Source: Octopus sinensis (lineage: Eukaryota). From it: DNA of 38,895 bases. Location of the stretch: contig NW_021835704.1 of the NCBI RefSeq assembly GCF_006345805.1, forward strand, positions 1 to 38,895, in the 5' to 3' direction. How positions within the stretch are numbered: the stretch's first letter is position 1; each line of letters starts with the position of its first letter. The position numbers and the translations under genes were made by a program. Shown here piece by piece: positions 37,392 to 38,895 of the stretch. The notes beneath the pieces are model-generated. The model was given only the letters and a program-made list of their open reading frames with translations. It searched no databases and was not told the DNA's origin.

Positions 37392-37539
37392 GTGTGTGTG
37401 TGTGTGTGTGTTGTGGTTAGGTTATTCGTCTCACAGTCATAACGTCCTGAGTGCGATTCCTGTTGGCGCGTGGTATTCTTGAGCAAGACAATTTCTATCT
37501 AGACTTGAGCAATGATTGTTGCATTAGGTGGTAACAATT

Positions 37540-38314
37540 CAAAGTGAATTACTCTTACAATCCCACCAGATAGAGAGAAGAATCTTTTTCCCATGAAGTT
37601 CTCTTCTCGGTTGTGGTTGAGCTATTTCCCTTTTACCAAGCCACTGTTTACAACGTTTAGCATAGCGATAGAAGATACATTTTTCGTCACCAGTCACAAG
37701 TCTATTCAAAAATGAGTTCGTAAGAATGGAGAGAAGAGCAGATGTCAACTCGGGATTTGCGCTTGCTTTCGGACAATTCATGAGGCACTCATTTTCCAAG
37801 TTTAGGAACTTTTCCAAGTTGTTGATGGACAGTTGTATGGTTTGAACTAATCTTTATTGACAATTCTTCAACTGATAATGCAGGATTTTCTTCAAGTAAT
37901 GCCTCAAGGAGCTTATCATCAAACTCAACAGGACGTCCTGTTTAGTCTTCATCTTCAAGGTTGAAATCTCCACTTCTGAATTTTGCTAACAATCTTCTGC
38001 AAGTTCCTTCATTCAAGCATTCTTTTCCTATAAACTGAGTGTATGCTTCGAGTCGCTTCAGCTGCAGAGTTTCCTTTTTTGTATTCATAAAGCATTATGC
38101 ACCTCAAATGCTCTTCAGATATTTCCATGTTAGAAAGGATTTTAATCATAGAAATTTTAATTCTATTATTCTGTAAAATAATATCTAATTGGTTTAAACG
38201 TACACAAATGCATAAAAATAATTTTTAATTCCATTAGACATTCTAAAATACTATTAAGTTTCATTCAATTATAAAAACCGTAAAATCGGACAGAACTTAT
38301 GAGATGACCTTATA
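37540..38314 (-). mobile_element. Mariner element, 5' half with decayed transposase
   Basis: TIR TATAAGGTCATCTCATAAGTTCTGTCCG; peptides SGDFNLED..GRPVEFD and FLNRLVTGDEKCIFY...ELHGKKILLSIWWDCK. Confidence 0.92.
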
Positions 38315-38436
38315 CTTCTTACGTATGACAAGCCCTCACGAATTCAAAATCACTTACTCGATTGTAGATGAGGTACATCCCTACAGGAAACGTAGCTTCA
38401 AATGAAAAATGTAGAGTGACTTTTGTTGGAACGGTA

Positions 38437-38895
38437 CGAGGGGCGTTCAATAAGTAATGCCTCTGACCCATTTACAGTTGCTTGATCTAGCTGAAATTTA
38501 GCATGTGCAATTATTTATATCTCTATAGATTACGTGGCAAATTACAGCTCTGACCTAATTGTGGTTTCTGATTTACAGGTGTTTGAACTGAGTCAAGTGT
38601 GAAATGGAGCCTGTTGAGTGTCGAGCAGTGATCTGGTTTTTGTATTTGAAAGGACGCACACCACGGGAGACTTTTTATGAAATGAAAGAAACTTATGGTG
38701 ATGATACCCCATCATATGACCTTGTAAAACGCTGGCATCAAACATGGTCGGAACTCTGTGGAAACAGCTCCCAGATCTGGTCGCCCCCCTTCTGCCATTG
38801 ATGAGGCATCTTGTCCTTCAAGTTGAGGCTGCATTTTGGAAGATCGACGCGTATACTATTCGCCAAATAGCCCATGAGGTCAATTAGTACCGGGT
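38437..38895 (+). mobile_element. Mariner element 5' end, running off the window
   Basis: TA|CGAGGGGCGTTCAATAAGTAATGC TIR; ATG at 38604 gives MEPVECRAVIWFLYLKGRTP..TYGDDTPSYDLVKRWH, then frameshifted APRSGRPPSA...LEDRR. Confidence 0.92.

Overview
Repeat-saturated eukaryotic non-coding DNA with no convincing host exon, RNA gene or CRISPR array. The repeat families look like those of an octopus genome; this is recognition from memory, not a database result. Most listed ORFs are microsatellite artefacts. Supported content: decayed mariner, Tigger/pogo and hAT/MITE DNA transposons; RTE, CR1/L2-like and R4/Dong LINE 3' ends; an internally deleted Gypsy LTR element; many tRNA-derived SINEs; and Penelope-like (PLE) pLTR fragments. 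The most interesting signal is about nine minimal type I hammerhead-ribozyme-like motifs. Five short fold-back (palindromic) elements sit in (TA)n tracts, and four of them turn on or beside a hammerhead motif. One motif has a G3-C8 swapped catalytic core. Also notable are a mariner derivative made of two inverted 3' ends that share a stop codon, and a ~335-bp, ~97% identical inverted duplication enclosing 1.9 kb.
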